Positions 38,790 through 48,242 of a stretch of DNA of 64,000 nt are shown here, one piece after another. Within the stretch, counting starts at the first letter, position 1, and each line of letters opens with the position of its first letter. Position numbers and translations under genes: made by a program. Source of the DNA: Candidatus Palauibacter sp. (GTDB lineage: Bacteria; Gemmatimonadota; Gemmatimonadetes; Palauibacterales; Palauibacteraceae); contig NZ_CBDANE010000005.1 of NCBI RefSeq assembly GCF_965197445.1, positions 1,067,369-1,131,368 of the forward strand. The letters are read 5' to 3'. The notes beneath the pieces are model-generated. The model had not been told where the DNA came from. It was given only the letters and a program-made list of their open reading frames with translations, and did not search any database.

Positions 38790-39202
38790 GGTCGCTGTTC
38801 GTCGATACGAGCGCTTGGTATCCGCTGTCTGACCGCGCCCACCCGGACCACAAGGCGGTCGCCGGGGCCCTTCGGGTTCGAGTCCGCGCGGGTGCGGCAG
38901 TCGTCACCACAAACCTCGTGGTGACAGAGACTCATGCCCTCCTGCTGCGTCGAGGTGGACGGCGGGCCGCGCTCACCTTTCTGGAGGCGATCCGGCAACC
39001 TCCAAATCGAGTCGAGTACGTCACGAGTGAGCGGGAAGCGGTGGCCGTAGCCCGGTGGCTCCGGCGCTTTTCCGACCAGAGCTTCTCGCTCGCCGACGCG
39101 GCGAGCTTTGCCATCATGACCGAATTGGGTATCGAAGAAGCGCTGACGCTGGACCGGCACTTCGGAACGGCCGGCTTCGTGATGGTTCCTGCGGCGGCCT
39201 GA
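38786..39202 (+). CDS. vapC: PIN-domain ribonuclease toxin
   Basis: PIN acidic residues in VDTSAW…, TTNLVVTETHALL and the D…A…D pattern; 138 aa. GTG start overlaps the vapB stop (GTGA). Confidence 0.7.
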   Translation: MRSLFVDTSAWYPLSDRAHPDHKAVAGALRVRVRAGAAVVTTNLVVTETHALLLRRGGRRAALTFLEAIRQPPNRVEYVTSEREAVAVARWLRRFSDQSFSLADAASFAIMTELGIEEALTLDRHFGTAGFVMVPAAA

Positions 39203-39244
39203 ACCGGCCGGCGGTCGCTGGCAGCGGAGTTTCACCACGGGCTG

Positions 39245-40177
39245 CTAACGTCGCGTCGCCCAGACCGAGGCGTGCTCCGAAGCGGGCGCGGGGAGGAGGT
39301 CCGGGTGCAGCAGTCCGCCGAGGATCTCGACGCCCGTCACGAAGCGGGGACCCGAGCGGTTGAAGTACGAGGAGGCGTCGACGACCCAGGCCCGGCCCTC
39401 CGCGATGGCGCGCGGCGCGACCCGCCGCAGGCGCTCGGCATGGGCGTCTGCATCGGCCCGGGCCCCTTCGAGACCGTATCCGCAGGGCATGATGAGCAGC
39501 GCGTCCGGGTCCAGCCCTTCCAGCTCGTCCCACCGCACCTCACGGGAGGGGCGGCCCGCCTCGCCGATCAGGTTCCGACCCCCGGCGAGGTCGATCATCT
39601 CCGGTACCCAGTGTCCGGGTGCGAACGGCGGGTCGAGCCATTCGATGCCCAGCACCCGAGGACGCTCGGCGCCGCGCACGACGTCTCGCACGGCGTCAAG
39701 TCGCCCTCTCAGCGCCACCGTCGCGCTTCGCGAGGTCTCCGCATTTCCGGCGGCGCGTGCCACCTGCGCCACCGAGGCGAGAATGTCTTCGATCGTGTGC
39801 GCGTCGAGCGATACGATCTCGGCCTCGATACCCCGCGCGCCGAGGACCTCCCGCACGCCGCCGGTCGGCACGGCGCAGACTTCGCAGACGGCCTGCGTGA
39901 TGATGATGTCGGGGTCGAGGTCCTCAAGGACGGGTTCGTCGATCTCGTAGACGCTGCCGTACTCCGTCATCGCCCGTCGCACCGCCGCGTCGATCTCGCC
40001 GCTGGACAGGCCCCGGGGATCGAAGCGCGGTCGGCTGACCCGTGGACGGTCGAGCAGGTGCGGCGGGTGATCGCACTCGTGAGAGATGCCGACGAGGTAC
40101 CCATCGAGACCGAGGGCGTCGACGATCTCCGTCCCCGACGCGAGCAGGGAGACGATGCGCGGGGTCGGCGGTGTCAT
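39245..40177 (-). CDS. Periplasmic-binding-protein fold protein (BtuF/FhuD cluster-8 type) lacking a signal peptide
   Basis: IVSLLASGTEIVDALGL…VGISHECDHP and the class III PBP architecture. The N-terminus MTPPTPRIVSLL has no hydrophobic signal. ATG overlaps the moeZ stop (ATGA). Confidence 0.65.
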   Translation of the reverse strand: MTPPTPRIVSLLASGTEIVDALGLDGYLVGISHECDHPPHLLDRPRVSRPRFDPRGLSSGEIDAAVRRAMTEYGSVYEIDEPVLEDLDPDIIITQAVCEVCAVPTGGVREVLGARGIEAEIVSLDAHTIEDILASVAQVARAAGNAETSRSATVALRGRLDAVRDVVRGAERPRVLGIEWLDPPFAPGHWVPEMIDLAGGRNLIGEAGRPSREVRWDELEGLDPDALLIMPCGYGLEGARADADAHAERLRRVAPRAIAEGRAWVVDASSYFNRSGPRFVTGVEILGGLLHPDLLPAPASEHASVWATRR

Positions 40178-41361
40178 CAGTACTGCGGCATTCCGGGTTC
40201 GATCTCCTCGGCCCAGGCGAGAATGCCGCCCGCGAGGTTCACCGCATTGTCGTACCCCATCGCGCGCAGGTACGCGACGGCCCGGTCTCCCCGGGGCCCT
40301 GAGCGACAATGGATGATGAGCGGGGCCGCCCGATCGAAGCTCTCGACGGCTTCCGGAAGCGTGGCGAGCGGCACGAGCCGTGCCCCCGCGTGCGCCAGGT
40401 TGCAGATGTCCCACTCGTAGTCTTCACGCACATCGACGAGCTGGAACGTCTCCCCGTCGTCGACGCGGCGTTTCAGTTCATGTACGTCGATCTCCAGCTC
40501 TTCCATGGCTTCCTCGGTGTCCTCCGTTTCCGCGGGGCCAGCGTCCGCACCGTCCAACGGCCCCCTGCAGAAGCGTTCGTAGTCGATGAGTTCCGTCACG
40601 CTCGGCTTCGGCCCGCATACCGCGCATTCGGGGTCCGGCGTGATGTTCAACGAACGGAACTCCATCCGCAGGGCATCGATCAGGAGCAGGCGTCCGGCAA
40701 GTGTGTCACCGATCCCGGCCAGCCATTTGATGGCCTCATTCGCCTGGATCGACCCCACGATGCCCGGCAGGACTCCGAGCACCCCCGCCTCCGCGCAGTT
40801 GGGCACGAGATCGGGCGGCGGAGGATCCCGGAAAAGGCAGCGATAACAAGGGCCTCCCGGGGCCGCGAAGACCGACGCCTGGCCCTCGAAGCGGAGGATG
40901 GCCCCGTACGCGAAGGGCGTCCCGAGCATCACACAGGCGTCGTTCACCAGATACCGGGTCGGGAAGTTGTCGCTTCCGTCGACCACGAAGTCCCACCCCG
41001 CGAGGATGTCCAGCGCATTGCCGGAATCCAGGCGGGTCTCGAACGTTTCCACCGCGACGTGCGGGTTCAGCCCTTCGAGCCGCGCCCGGGCGGAAGCGAG
41101 CTTGGACGTGCCGACCGCACGCGTGTCGTGAAGCACCTGACGCTGAAGGTTGGAGAGTTCGACGAGGTCGTGGTCCACCAGCCCGAGCCGCCCCACTCCG
41201 GCGGCGGCGAGGTAGAGGGCGGCGGGGGAACCGAGACCGCCCGCCCCGACGATGAGGACGCTCGATGCCCGTAGCCGCCGCTGCCCTTCCAGGCCCACTT
41301 CCGGGATGCTGACGTGGCGCCCGTACCGGACCAGCTCGTCACGCGAAAGCTCGTCGCTCAC
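40177..41361 (-). CDS. moeZ: MoeB/ThiF-type adenylyltransferase fused to a rhodanese domain (MoeZ-like sulfur-carrier activating enzyme)
   Basis: E1-like nucleotide motif VLIVGAGGLGSPAALYLAAAGVG, two CxxC zinc pairs (CYRC…CAVCG), and a C-terminal rhodanese domain with the active-site Cys (IIHCRSGPRG). Confidence 0.85.
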   Translation of the reverse strand: MSDELSRDELVRYGRHVSIPEVGLEGQRRLRASSVLIVGAGGLGSPAALYLAAAGVGRLGLVDHDLVELSNLQRQVLHDTRAVGTSKLASARARLEGLNPHVAVETFETRLDSGNALDILAGWDFVVDGSDNFPTRYLVNDACVMLGTPFAYGAILRFEGQASVFAAPGGPCYRCLFRDPPPPDLVPNCAEAGVLGVLPGIVGSIQANEAIKWLAGIGDTLAGRLLLIDALRMEFRSLNITPDPECAVCGPKPSVTELIDYERFCRGPLDGADAGPAETEDTEEAMEELEIDVHELKRRVDDGETFQLVDVREDYEWDICNLAHAGARLVPLATLPEAVESFDRAAPLIIHCRSGPRGDRAVAYLRAMGYDNAVNLAGGILAWAEEIEPGMPQY

Positions 41362-41368
41362 GGCACCC

Positions 41369-42046
41369 TCAGACGTGGACGGCGAGTGACGCGCGCAGCG
41401 CCGCCATGTTCGCGGCGATCCCCGGTGCCCACCGGAACACCGAAGAGCCGGCCACGAACGACGACGCCCCGGCGGCGGCGCAGACGGGAGCCGAGCTCGG
41501 GTCGATCCCCCCGTCGACCTGGACGACCGGCGGAGCCGACCCGCGGTCTGCGGCCATCCGGAGGACGGTGGAGATCTTCGGCACCGCCTCGCCGATGAAC
41601 TTCTGCCCCCCGAAGCCGGGGTTCACGGTCATCACGAGCACGAGGTCGACGTACCCCAGCACTTCCGACAATGTCTCGGCGGGAGTGGCCGGGTTGAGCG
41701 CCACGCCGGCGTAGCAGCCCAGCTCCCGGATCCGGTGCAGGTCTCCGTGCAGGTGAGCGGAGGCCTCCTGGTGGACCGTGATCAGGTCGGCGCCCGCCGC
41801 CGCGAAGGGTTCCAGAAACTCGCCGGGGTTGTCGATCATCAGGTGTACGTCCAGGAACGCGTCCGTCACCGCGCGGAGCGACTCGAGCACCGGCAGCCCG
41901 ATCGTGAGGTTCGGGACGAAATGCCCGTCCATCACATCAATCTGGAACCACTGCGCGCCGGCGGCCTCCGCCTCGGCCACCTCCGCGCCCAGCCGCGCAT
42001 AGTCGGCGGCCAGGATCGAAGGCGCGATCATCAGGCCTCCGGGCAT
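41369..42046 (-). CDS. rpe: Ribulose-phosphate 3-epimerase
   Basis: IAPSILAAD, MDGHFVPNLT, and VMTVNPGFGGQ motifs. An alternative start lies at 42031. Confidence 0.85.
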   Translation of the reverse strand: MPGGLMIAPSILAADYARLGAEVAEAEAAGAQWFQIDVMDGHFVPNLTIGLPVLESLRAVTDAFLDVHLMIDNPGEFLEPFAAAGADLITVHQEASAHLHGDLHRIRELGCYAGVALNPATPAETLSEVLGYVDLVLVMTVNPGFGGQKFIGEAVPKISTVLRMAADRGSAPPVVQVDGGIDPSSAPVCAAAGASSFVAGSSVFRWAPGIAANMAALRASLAVHV

Positions 42047-42103
42047 GTCCCTCTTCAGTCCGCGGTCATCCACGATTCGATACTCCCGCCAGTCAGGTCC
42101 GGT

Positions 42104-43330
42104 TCAGATGAGGTCGAGACGTTGGCCCACCTTCTTCAGGGCGGCGAGCGCGACGTCGATGTGTTCGCGTGTGTGTGCGGCCGACAGCTGGCAGCGGATA
42201 CGGGCCTCGCCGCGCGGGACCACCGGATAGCCGAACCCGATCACGAAGACACCTTCGCGCAACAGTTCGCGACTGAGCCGAATGGCGTCCGCCGTCTTCC
42301 CGATGATCACCGGGACGATGGGGGTGCCTCCGGGGATCGGCTTGTACCCCAGTTCGATCAAACCCTCGCGATAGTGTTCCGTGTTGTCGCGGAGCCGGCC
42401 CACGAGTTCGGGGTGCTCCTCGAGGTGGCGGATCGCGGCCAGCGCGCCGCACGCCGAATGGCAGGGCAGGGCGTTGGTGAACAACTGTGTCCGCGAAGTC
42501 TGGATGAGATAGTCGATGACGGCTTCGGAACTCGCCGTGAACCCGCCCGCCATGCCCCCGAGCGCCTTCCCGAGCGTCGATGTGACGATGTCGACCTCGC
42601 CGTGCATTCCGTAGTGTTCAGGCGTCCCGCGCCCTGTGTCTCCCAGCACGCCCGTCGCGTGCGAGTCATCGACCGCCATGATCGCGTCGTACCGGTCGCA
42701 CAACTCGCGGATCTCGGGGAGCGGCGCGATCTCCCCCTCCATCGAGAAGATGCCGTCGGTGATGACGAGCCGGTGCCGCGCGTCCCGGGACGATTCCAGT
42801 GCCTCGCGCAGCGAGTCCATGTCCATGTGGTCGTAGATCAGCCGGCGAGCCTTGCAGAGGCGGATCCCGTCGATGATGCAGGCGTGATTGAGACGGTCCG
42901 AGATCAGCGCGTCCTCCGGACCGAGGAGAGGCGCGAACAGACCCTCGTTCGCGTTCCACGCCGACGTATAGGTGAGCGAGGCCGGAGTCTCGAGGAAGTC
43001 GGCGATCTCTGCCTCGAGCTGGCGGTGAATGTCGAACGAACCACAGATGAAACGTACCGATGACGTGCCCGCGCCGTACTTGTCCGTGCCGTCCTTCACG
43101 GCCTGCATCACGGACGGCTCGTCGCACAGTCCCAGGTAGTTGTTCGAACACATGTTGATGGTCTCGCCCAGACCGGCGATGTCCACCACGGGAGACTGAC
43201 GCCCCATGATGTGCAGCAACTCCTTGTGAACCCCGTTCTCCCTCATCTCCCCGAGTTCGGACGCGAGCCGGTGCTCGAGCCCCGGGTTCACATTCGACGT
43301 CATCACATCCCGCTCCTCATACAGTGTCAT
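42104..43330 (-). CDS. kbl: 2-amino-3-ketobutyrate CoA ligase (glycine C-acetyltransferase)
   Basis: Fold-type I alpha-oxoamine synthase; PLP lysine in VTSTLGKALGG. Start at MTLYEERD. Confidence 0.85.
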   Translation of the reverse strand: MTLYEERDVMTSNVNPGLEHRLASELGEMRENGVHKELLHIMGRQSPVVDIAGLGETINMCSNNYLGLCDEPSVMQAVKDGTDKYGAGTSSVRFICGSFDIHRQLEAEIADFLETPASLTYTSAWNANEGLFAPLLGPEDALISDRLNHACIIDGIRLCKARRLIYDHMDMDSLREALESSRDARHRLVITDGIFSMEGEIAPLPEIRELCDRYDAIMAVDDSHATGVLGDTGRGTPEHYGMHGEVDIVTSTLGKALGGMAGGFTASSEAVIDYLIQTSRTQLFTNALPCHSACGALAAIRHLEEHPELVGRLRDNTEHYREGLIELGYKPIPGGTPIVPVIIGKTADAIRLSRELLREGVFVIGFGYPVVPRGEARIRCQLSAAHTREHIDVALAALKKVGQRLDLI

Positions 43331-43340
43331 GATACCGTCC

Positions 43341-44003
43341 TCACGGGTACAGATCTCCGACCCGCTTCTCCGTGGCCCACGCGGTGTCGACCCGGATTCT
43401 GGGGCGCGAACCCCAGTTCCCGCACGAGATGAAGCCGCGCAGTTGTCCCCTGACATAGATCACACGGTTGGTGCCCACCTCCTGAAGCCCGGGGTCGAGG
43501 CCGTCGAGCGCGAATACCCGCTGGCTCCCGATCCACCCCGGTCCGAACAGCCAGCATCCGGCCGCCTCGCGGATCGTGCCCTCTCCCCACGTGCGGACGG
43601 CAGAGAAGCGGCCCGTGTCGGTCGCCACGAGCGTGCCGAGTTCGATGCCCGTCGGGGCACGCACGACGTATTCGCCCGGCGTACCAATCGTGAGCGGGCG
43701 CGCCTCGTAGAAGCTGATGTGCTGGGGGGCGCACATGGCCCGGAAGGTACTGCGACGAGCCGCGAGTTCGATCGAGGACTCCGTGACCGCGAGCGTGGCC
43801 GTGTCCAGCCGGCCGCAGCCGTCGGGGGAAACGGGGCCGGCGAACTCGAAGGAGAACGGGGCATCCACCCGCACGGTCTCGGGATAGGCGACCCAGGTGA
43901 CGAGCGCGTCGCTCGGAATGGCGTCTCCGAGCCGCCAGCAACCGGACGTGATCAGCAGCGTGAGCACGAGAGCCGCGAGACGCGGGCAGCGCGGTCTTGC
44001 CAA
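43341..44003 (-). CDS. Hypothetical lipoprotein
   Basis: Signal with lipobox LLITSGC. No recognisable domain. Inserted between tdh and kbl. Confidence 0.5.
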   Translation of the reverse strand: MARPRCPRLAALVLTLLITSGCWRLGDAIPSDALVTWVAYPETVRVDAPFSFEFAGPVSPDGCGRLDTATLAVTESSIELAARRSTFRAMCAPQHISFYEARPLTIGTPGEYVVRAPTGIELGTLVATDTGRFSAVRTWGEGTIREAAGCWLFGPGWIGSQRVFALDGLDPGLQEVGTNRVIYVRGQLRGFISCGNWGSRPRIRVDTAWATEKRVGDLYP

Positions 44004-44009
44004 GGCTGG

Positions 44010-45039
44010 CTAGTCCAGCGCGAGGACGACCTTCGCCGCCTCGCCGGAGTGCATGGCATCGATCCCTTCTTCGAAGCGGGGGAGCGGCAGACGGTGCGTG
44101 ATCACCGGGTCGAGGTCGAGGCGGCCTGCGGCCAGAAAGTGCCGCATCTCGATCCACGTCCGGTACATGAGCCGCCCCACGACGCCGTAGACGTGGAGAC
44201 CCTTGAAGATGATGTCGCGCGCCAGATTGACCTCGACCGTGTGTTTGGGCAGGCCCAGCAGACGGACGTGGCCCCCGTTACGGCAGATGCGGAAGGCGGA
44301 GCGCACGCCCTCGGGGTGCCCGCTCATCTCGCACACGACATGGGCGCCGTAGCCCCCGGTGAGTTCCGCGATCTCGTCCTCGACGCCGCCGCCCAGGGGA
44401 TCGAGGCAATCGTGCGCCCCCATCCGGCCGGCGAGTTCGCGTCGTCCCTCGTGCGGTTCGATCGCGATCACTCTGGCCGCGCCCGCCACGCGGGCGATCC
44501 CGATCGCGAACAGCCCGATCGGGCCGCACCCCACCACGGCCACGACTTTCCCCGCCACGTCGGTGTGCAGGACCGTATGGAACGCGTTCCCGAGTGGGTC
44601 GAACAGGGCCGCGTGGTCGTCACTGATCGAGTCCGGGATGTGAATGATGTTCGCCGCCGGGATGGAGACGTATTCCGCGAACGCGCCGTCCCGGTCGATG
44701 CCGATGATCTGCGTGTCCCGGCACACATGCGACTGCCCCGTACCGCAGAACTCGCAGTGGCCGCAGACGATGTGTCCTTCGGCGGAGACCCGGTCCCCGG
44801 CCTCGATGTTCTGGACGAGACGGCCCGTCTCGACGACCTCTCCCATGAACTCGTGTCCGAGGACGAGCGGCGGATTCACGCGGTTCCGAGACCAGTGGTC
44901 CCATTGATGGATGTGGAGATCCGTGCCGCAGATGCCCGCGCGTCGCACCTTGATCAGGACCTCGCTGGAACGGATCTCGGGGAGGGGCACGTCGCGCAGG
45001 GCGAGGCCGGGCGCCGCCTCGGACTTGAGGATCGCTTTC
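44010..45039 (-). CDS. tdh: L-threonine 3-dehydrogenase (zinc-dependent MDR family)
   Basis: GHEFMGEVVETG, the structural zinc Cys cluster (CGHCEFCGTGQSHVC), and the Rossmann motif VVGCGPIG. Start at MKAILKSEAAP. The track ORF is over-extended upstream. Confidence 0.9.
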
Positions 45040-45232
45040 ATGGAGACGGACGAAGACTCCTCCCTGGAGGATGGGTCGGGCGGCGCACAATGTGCCGGAA
45101 CGGCGGACCGGGCGGCAAGATTACGCGCCACATCGGAGGTGTGCGGCCGGGGGCCGGGGAACCCGGGGCGACGGAGTTCCGTACGATGCGTCGTTGGCGA
45201 AACCCCAATCTGGGTGGGAGCCGAATCAGACA

Positions 45233-45877
45233 GTGCGTGAGACAGCGACAGGCAAGCGTCGGGGGCGGGCCGCGTGGTGGGGCGGAATGCTGGCGTCCGC
45301 GCTTCTCCACGCGCTGCTCTTCTTCGCCTGGGTCCGTCCGGTGCCGGAGTTTGCCAGCGCTCAGCCGCGCGGGTCGGATCCGGATCTCGCCCCGGGCGGC
45401 GGAGGACTGCGCTCGCTGCGCGTGTCCGTGCCCCGCAGCGCCGAGATCCCCCCGCCTCCCCGGCCCGTGCTCGCGGTCGACGTGCCCGAAGTCGAGATAC
45501 AGGAGACGGAGGCAAACCGGATCGCGGCAGATCTGCTCCCGGTCGGCGTACCCGCGCCGTCCGCCGGCCGCGGCGAAGGGGCGGGCCAGGGAGACGACGG
45601 AGAGGGTGGGGGCGTGGATGGAGGCTACATAGCGCCCGTACCGAGATCGGTCGTGCCGCACTGGGATCCCCCGGGCTCCGTGCGGGGCATGGAGGTGACC
45701 GTGCGGATCTTCGTCGACGCCACCGGCCGCCCCGGCTTCGTGGAACTGCTCCCACCGACCCCGGATGAGGGGTTCAACCGCGATATCATCCGACAGGTAC
45801 GCGGCTGGGAGTACAGGCCGGCCCTCCGTGACGGCGACCCCGTCGACGGCTGGGCCGAGATCACCTTCATCTTCTAG
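45233..45877 (+). CDS. TonB-family energy transducer (C-terminal TonB domain)
   Basis: Short basic N-terminus (KRRGR), a TM anchor (WWGGMLASALLHALLFFAWV), a Pro-rich spacer, and a C-terminal TonB fold (…VTVRIFVDATGRPGFVELLP…). GTG start chosen; an alternative ATG lies at 45287. Confidence 0.6.
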   Translation: MRETATGKRRGRAAWWGGMLASALLHALLFFAWVRPVPEFASAQPRGSDPDLAPGGGGLRSLRVSVPRSAEIPPPPRPVLAVDVPEVEIQETEANRIAADLLPVGVPAPSAGRGEGAGQGDDGEGGGVDGGYIAPVPRSVVPHWDPPGSVRGMEVTVRIFVDATGRPGFVELLPPTPDEGFNRDIIRQVRGWEYRPALRDGDPVDGWAEITFIF

Positions 45878-45971
45878 CCGCCATCTTCCAGCCGCCCCGG
45901 ACCGTTTGACAGTCGATTGACACAGACTCCGACCATCGGGCCGCAATCGGCTTGATCGGGGAGGTGGGGGT

Positions 45972-46658
45972 TTGTGGGATCTGAATCGCGCGGAACGGAA
46001 GGCCCTGGGCACGGCTCTTGTCCTCGTGGGCGTAAGTATCATCGCCCGCACCGTCCTCGCGCCCGACCCGGGTCGATTGGACGGCCTCGAGAAGATCGAT
46101 CCCGAGCGTGACCTGCGCGGCGTCGAGGGGGACGTGATTTCCGCCCTGGTGCGGGAGCAGCGAGCGCAGACCCCTCTCGCCGAGGGCGAGCGGATCGATG
46201 TGAATCATGCTTCGGTCGACGAGCTGCGCCGGCTGCCCGGAGTCGGCCCGAGTCTCGCGCAGGCCATCGTCGAGGAACGGGAGCGGGACCCCTTCCGGGA
46301 GGCGGGTGACCTCAAGCGTGTGGCCGGCGTCGGAGAGGTCACCGCCGGCCGCCTCGCGCCGCACCTTCGGTTCGAGCCGGAGCCACTGCGTCCCGGATTC
46401 GCCGGAGGGTCTCCCCGCGGCCCTTCCGCAGGGCTGGCCGGCTGTCCACCGGGCGGGAGTCTGGTCGACCTGAATCGCGCCAGCCGCGAGCAACTCGAGA
46501 GCCTGCCCGGCATCGGGTCCGTCATCGCGAACCGCATCGTCGACGACAGGCTCGCGAACGGGCCCTTCGAGCGACCGCAGGCACTCACGCGCGTCAGCGG
46601 TATAGGTGACCGCTCGCTTGCCCGGCTGGCGGATCGCATATGCGCGGGAACGCCATGA
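45972..46658 (+). CDS. comEA: Competence protein ComEA-like (tandem helix-hairpin-helix DNA-binding domains)
   Basis: N-terminal TM anchor and two HhH modules (VNHASVDELRRLPGVGPSLAQAIV; VDLNRASREQLESLPGIGSVIANRIV). TTG start. Confidence 0.75.
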   Translation: MWDLNRAERKALGTALVLVGVSIIARTVLAPDPGRLDGLEKIDPERDLRGVEGDVISALVREQRAQTPLAEGERIDVNHASVDELRRLPGVGPSLAQAIVEERERDPFREAGDLKRVAGVGEVTAGRLAPHLRFEPEPLRPGFAGGSPRGPSAGLAGCPPGGSLVDLNRASREQLESLPGIGSVIANRIVDDRLANGPFERPQALTRVSGIGDRSLARLADRICAGTP

Positions 46659-48202
46659 CTGGGGCGGCCTCCGTGAGCCGACCGGCCCCGAGCCCGGAAC
46701 TGGAGAAGGCGGACGGCAGGGTCCTCCGGCTTGTTCCGGCCGATTTCGCGATCCGGCATCTGGTTCTGCCGCTCCGCCGCTCCGGGCGGAGGCTCACCGT
46801 GGCCATGGCGGACCCCTCCAACCTGAACCTCATCGATGACCTGAAGTTCATCACCCGATTCGAAATCGATCCGGTCGCCGCAGGGGAATACACACTGCGG
46901 CAACTGATCGACGAGCACTACGGAATCTCACCCACCGCCCTCCGGGAAACGGGGACCGGGTTCGAGGCGAAGGAGATCGAGCGGGTCGAGGACACCGGGC
47001 CCGATGACTACAACGACGTGGTGCTGAGGGCCGAAGTCGAGGAGGAGCCGGTCGTCAGGCTGATCAACTCAATCCTCCGTGACGCCGTCCGCCGCGGCGC
47101 ATCCGACGTAAGCGTCGAGCCCTATGAGCGCGAGGTCCGCGTCCGCTACCGCCTTGACGGAAAGCTGCGTGAAATCATGCGCCCTCCGTTTCGAATGACG
47201 GCCGCGTTGACGTCGCGCATCAAGATCCTGGCCGACCTGAACATCGCGGAGCGTCGGCTGCCCCAGGACGGCCGGATGAAGATGAGGGTGGGAGAGAAGG
47301 TCATCGACTTCCGTGTCTCGACCCTCCCCACGCTGTTCGGCGAGAGGATCGCGCTTCGGATCCTGGACAAGGGGAGGCTGGCGTTCGACCTCGAGGCCTT
47401 CGGCATGGAGGAACGCGCGGAACGCGTCCTGCTCGACGCGGTCGCCCAGTCCACAGGCATGATCCTCGTTACCGGGCCCACGGGGTCGGGGAAGACCACG
47501 ACCCTGTACAGCGCGCTCACCCGGCTGAACACGGAGGACGTCAATATCCTGACTGCCGAGGATCCGGTCGAGTACAGCATCCGCGGCATCAACCAGGTCC
47601 AGGTCCGATCCGGGATCGGCCTCACCTTCGCGTCCACGCTGCGCGCCTTCCTGCGGCAGGATCCGAACATCGTGATGGTGGGCGAGATCCGCGACTCCGA
47701 GACGGGGGGCATCGCCGTCAAGGCGGCGCTGACGGGCCACCTCGTCCTTTCGACGCTCCACACCAATGACGCCGCTTCGACCACGACACGTCTCGTGGAC
47801 ATGGGGATCGAGGCGTTCAACGTCGCCGCCGCCGTGAGCGTGATCACCGCCCAGCGGCTCGTACGCCGGATCTGTGGGCATTGCAGGGCCGAGACGACCC
47901 ATCCGCGCGAACTCCTTCGCTCGTTCGGGACAGACGACTCCCCGGACGCGGACCGAGTTTTCTACCACGGAGAGGGCTGCGACGCCTGCGGAGGCTCCGG
48001 GTATTCCGGCCGGCAGGGACTGTACGAGGTGCTCCCGATGTCGTCCGCCATCCGACGGCTGGTCCTGGCGTCCGCGTCCGCGGAGGACATCGAACGGCGA
48101 GCCGTCAGGGAAGGGATGGTCACGCTGCGGGAAGACGGACTGATCAAGGCGAGGAAGGGGATCGCCACACTCGACGAGGTACTCAGGGAGACTCCGGCGT
48201 AG
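46655..48202 (+). CDS. pilB: Type IV pilus assembly ATPase PilB (GspE family)
   Basis: N-terminal GspII_E_N domain, Walker A GPTGSGKTTT, Asp and His boxes, and a tetracysteine motif (CGHC…CDAC). ATG overlaps the comEA stop. Confidence 0.9.
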   Translation: MTGAASVSRPAPSPELEKADGRVLRLVPADFAIRHLVLPLRRSGRRLTVAMADPSNLNLIDDLKFITRFEIDPVAAGEYTLRQLIDEHYGISPTALRETGTGFEAKEIERVEDTGPDDYNDVVLRAEVEEEPVVRLINSILRDAVRRGASDVSVEPYEREVRVRYRLDGKLREIMRPPFRMTAALTSRIKILADLNIAERRLPQDGRMKMRVGEKVIDFRVSTLPTLFGERIALRILDKGRLAFDLEAFGMEERAERVLLDAVAQSTGMILVTGPTGSGKTTTLYSALTRLNTEDVNILTAEDPVEYSIRGINQVQVRSGIGLTFASTLRAFLRQDPNIVMVGEIRDSETGGIAVKAALTGHLVLSTLHTNDAASTTTRLVDMGIEAFNVAAAVSVITAQRLVRRICGHCRAETTHPRELLRSFGTDDSPDADRVFYHGEGCDACGGSGYSGRQGLYEVLPMSSAIRRLVLASASAEDIERRAVREGMVTLREDGLIKARKGIATLDEVLRETPA

Positions 48203-48242
48203 GTCGGCGGGTCGCCCGCCGCGAGCGCCAGAAGAGGAGGTC

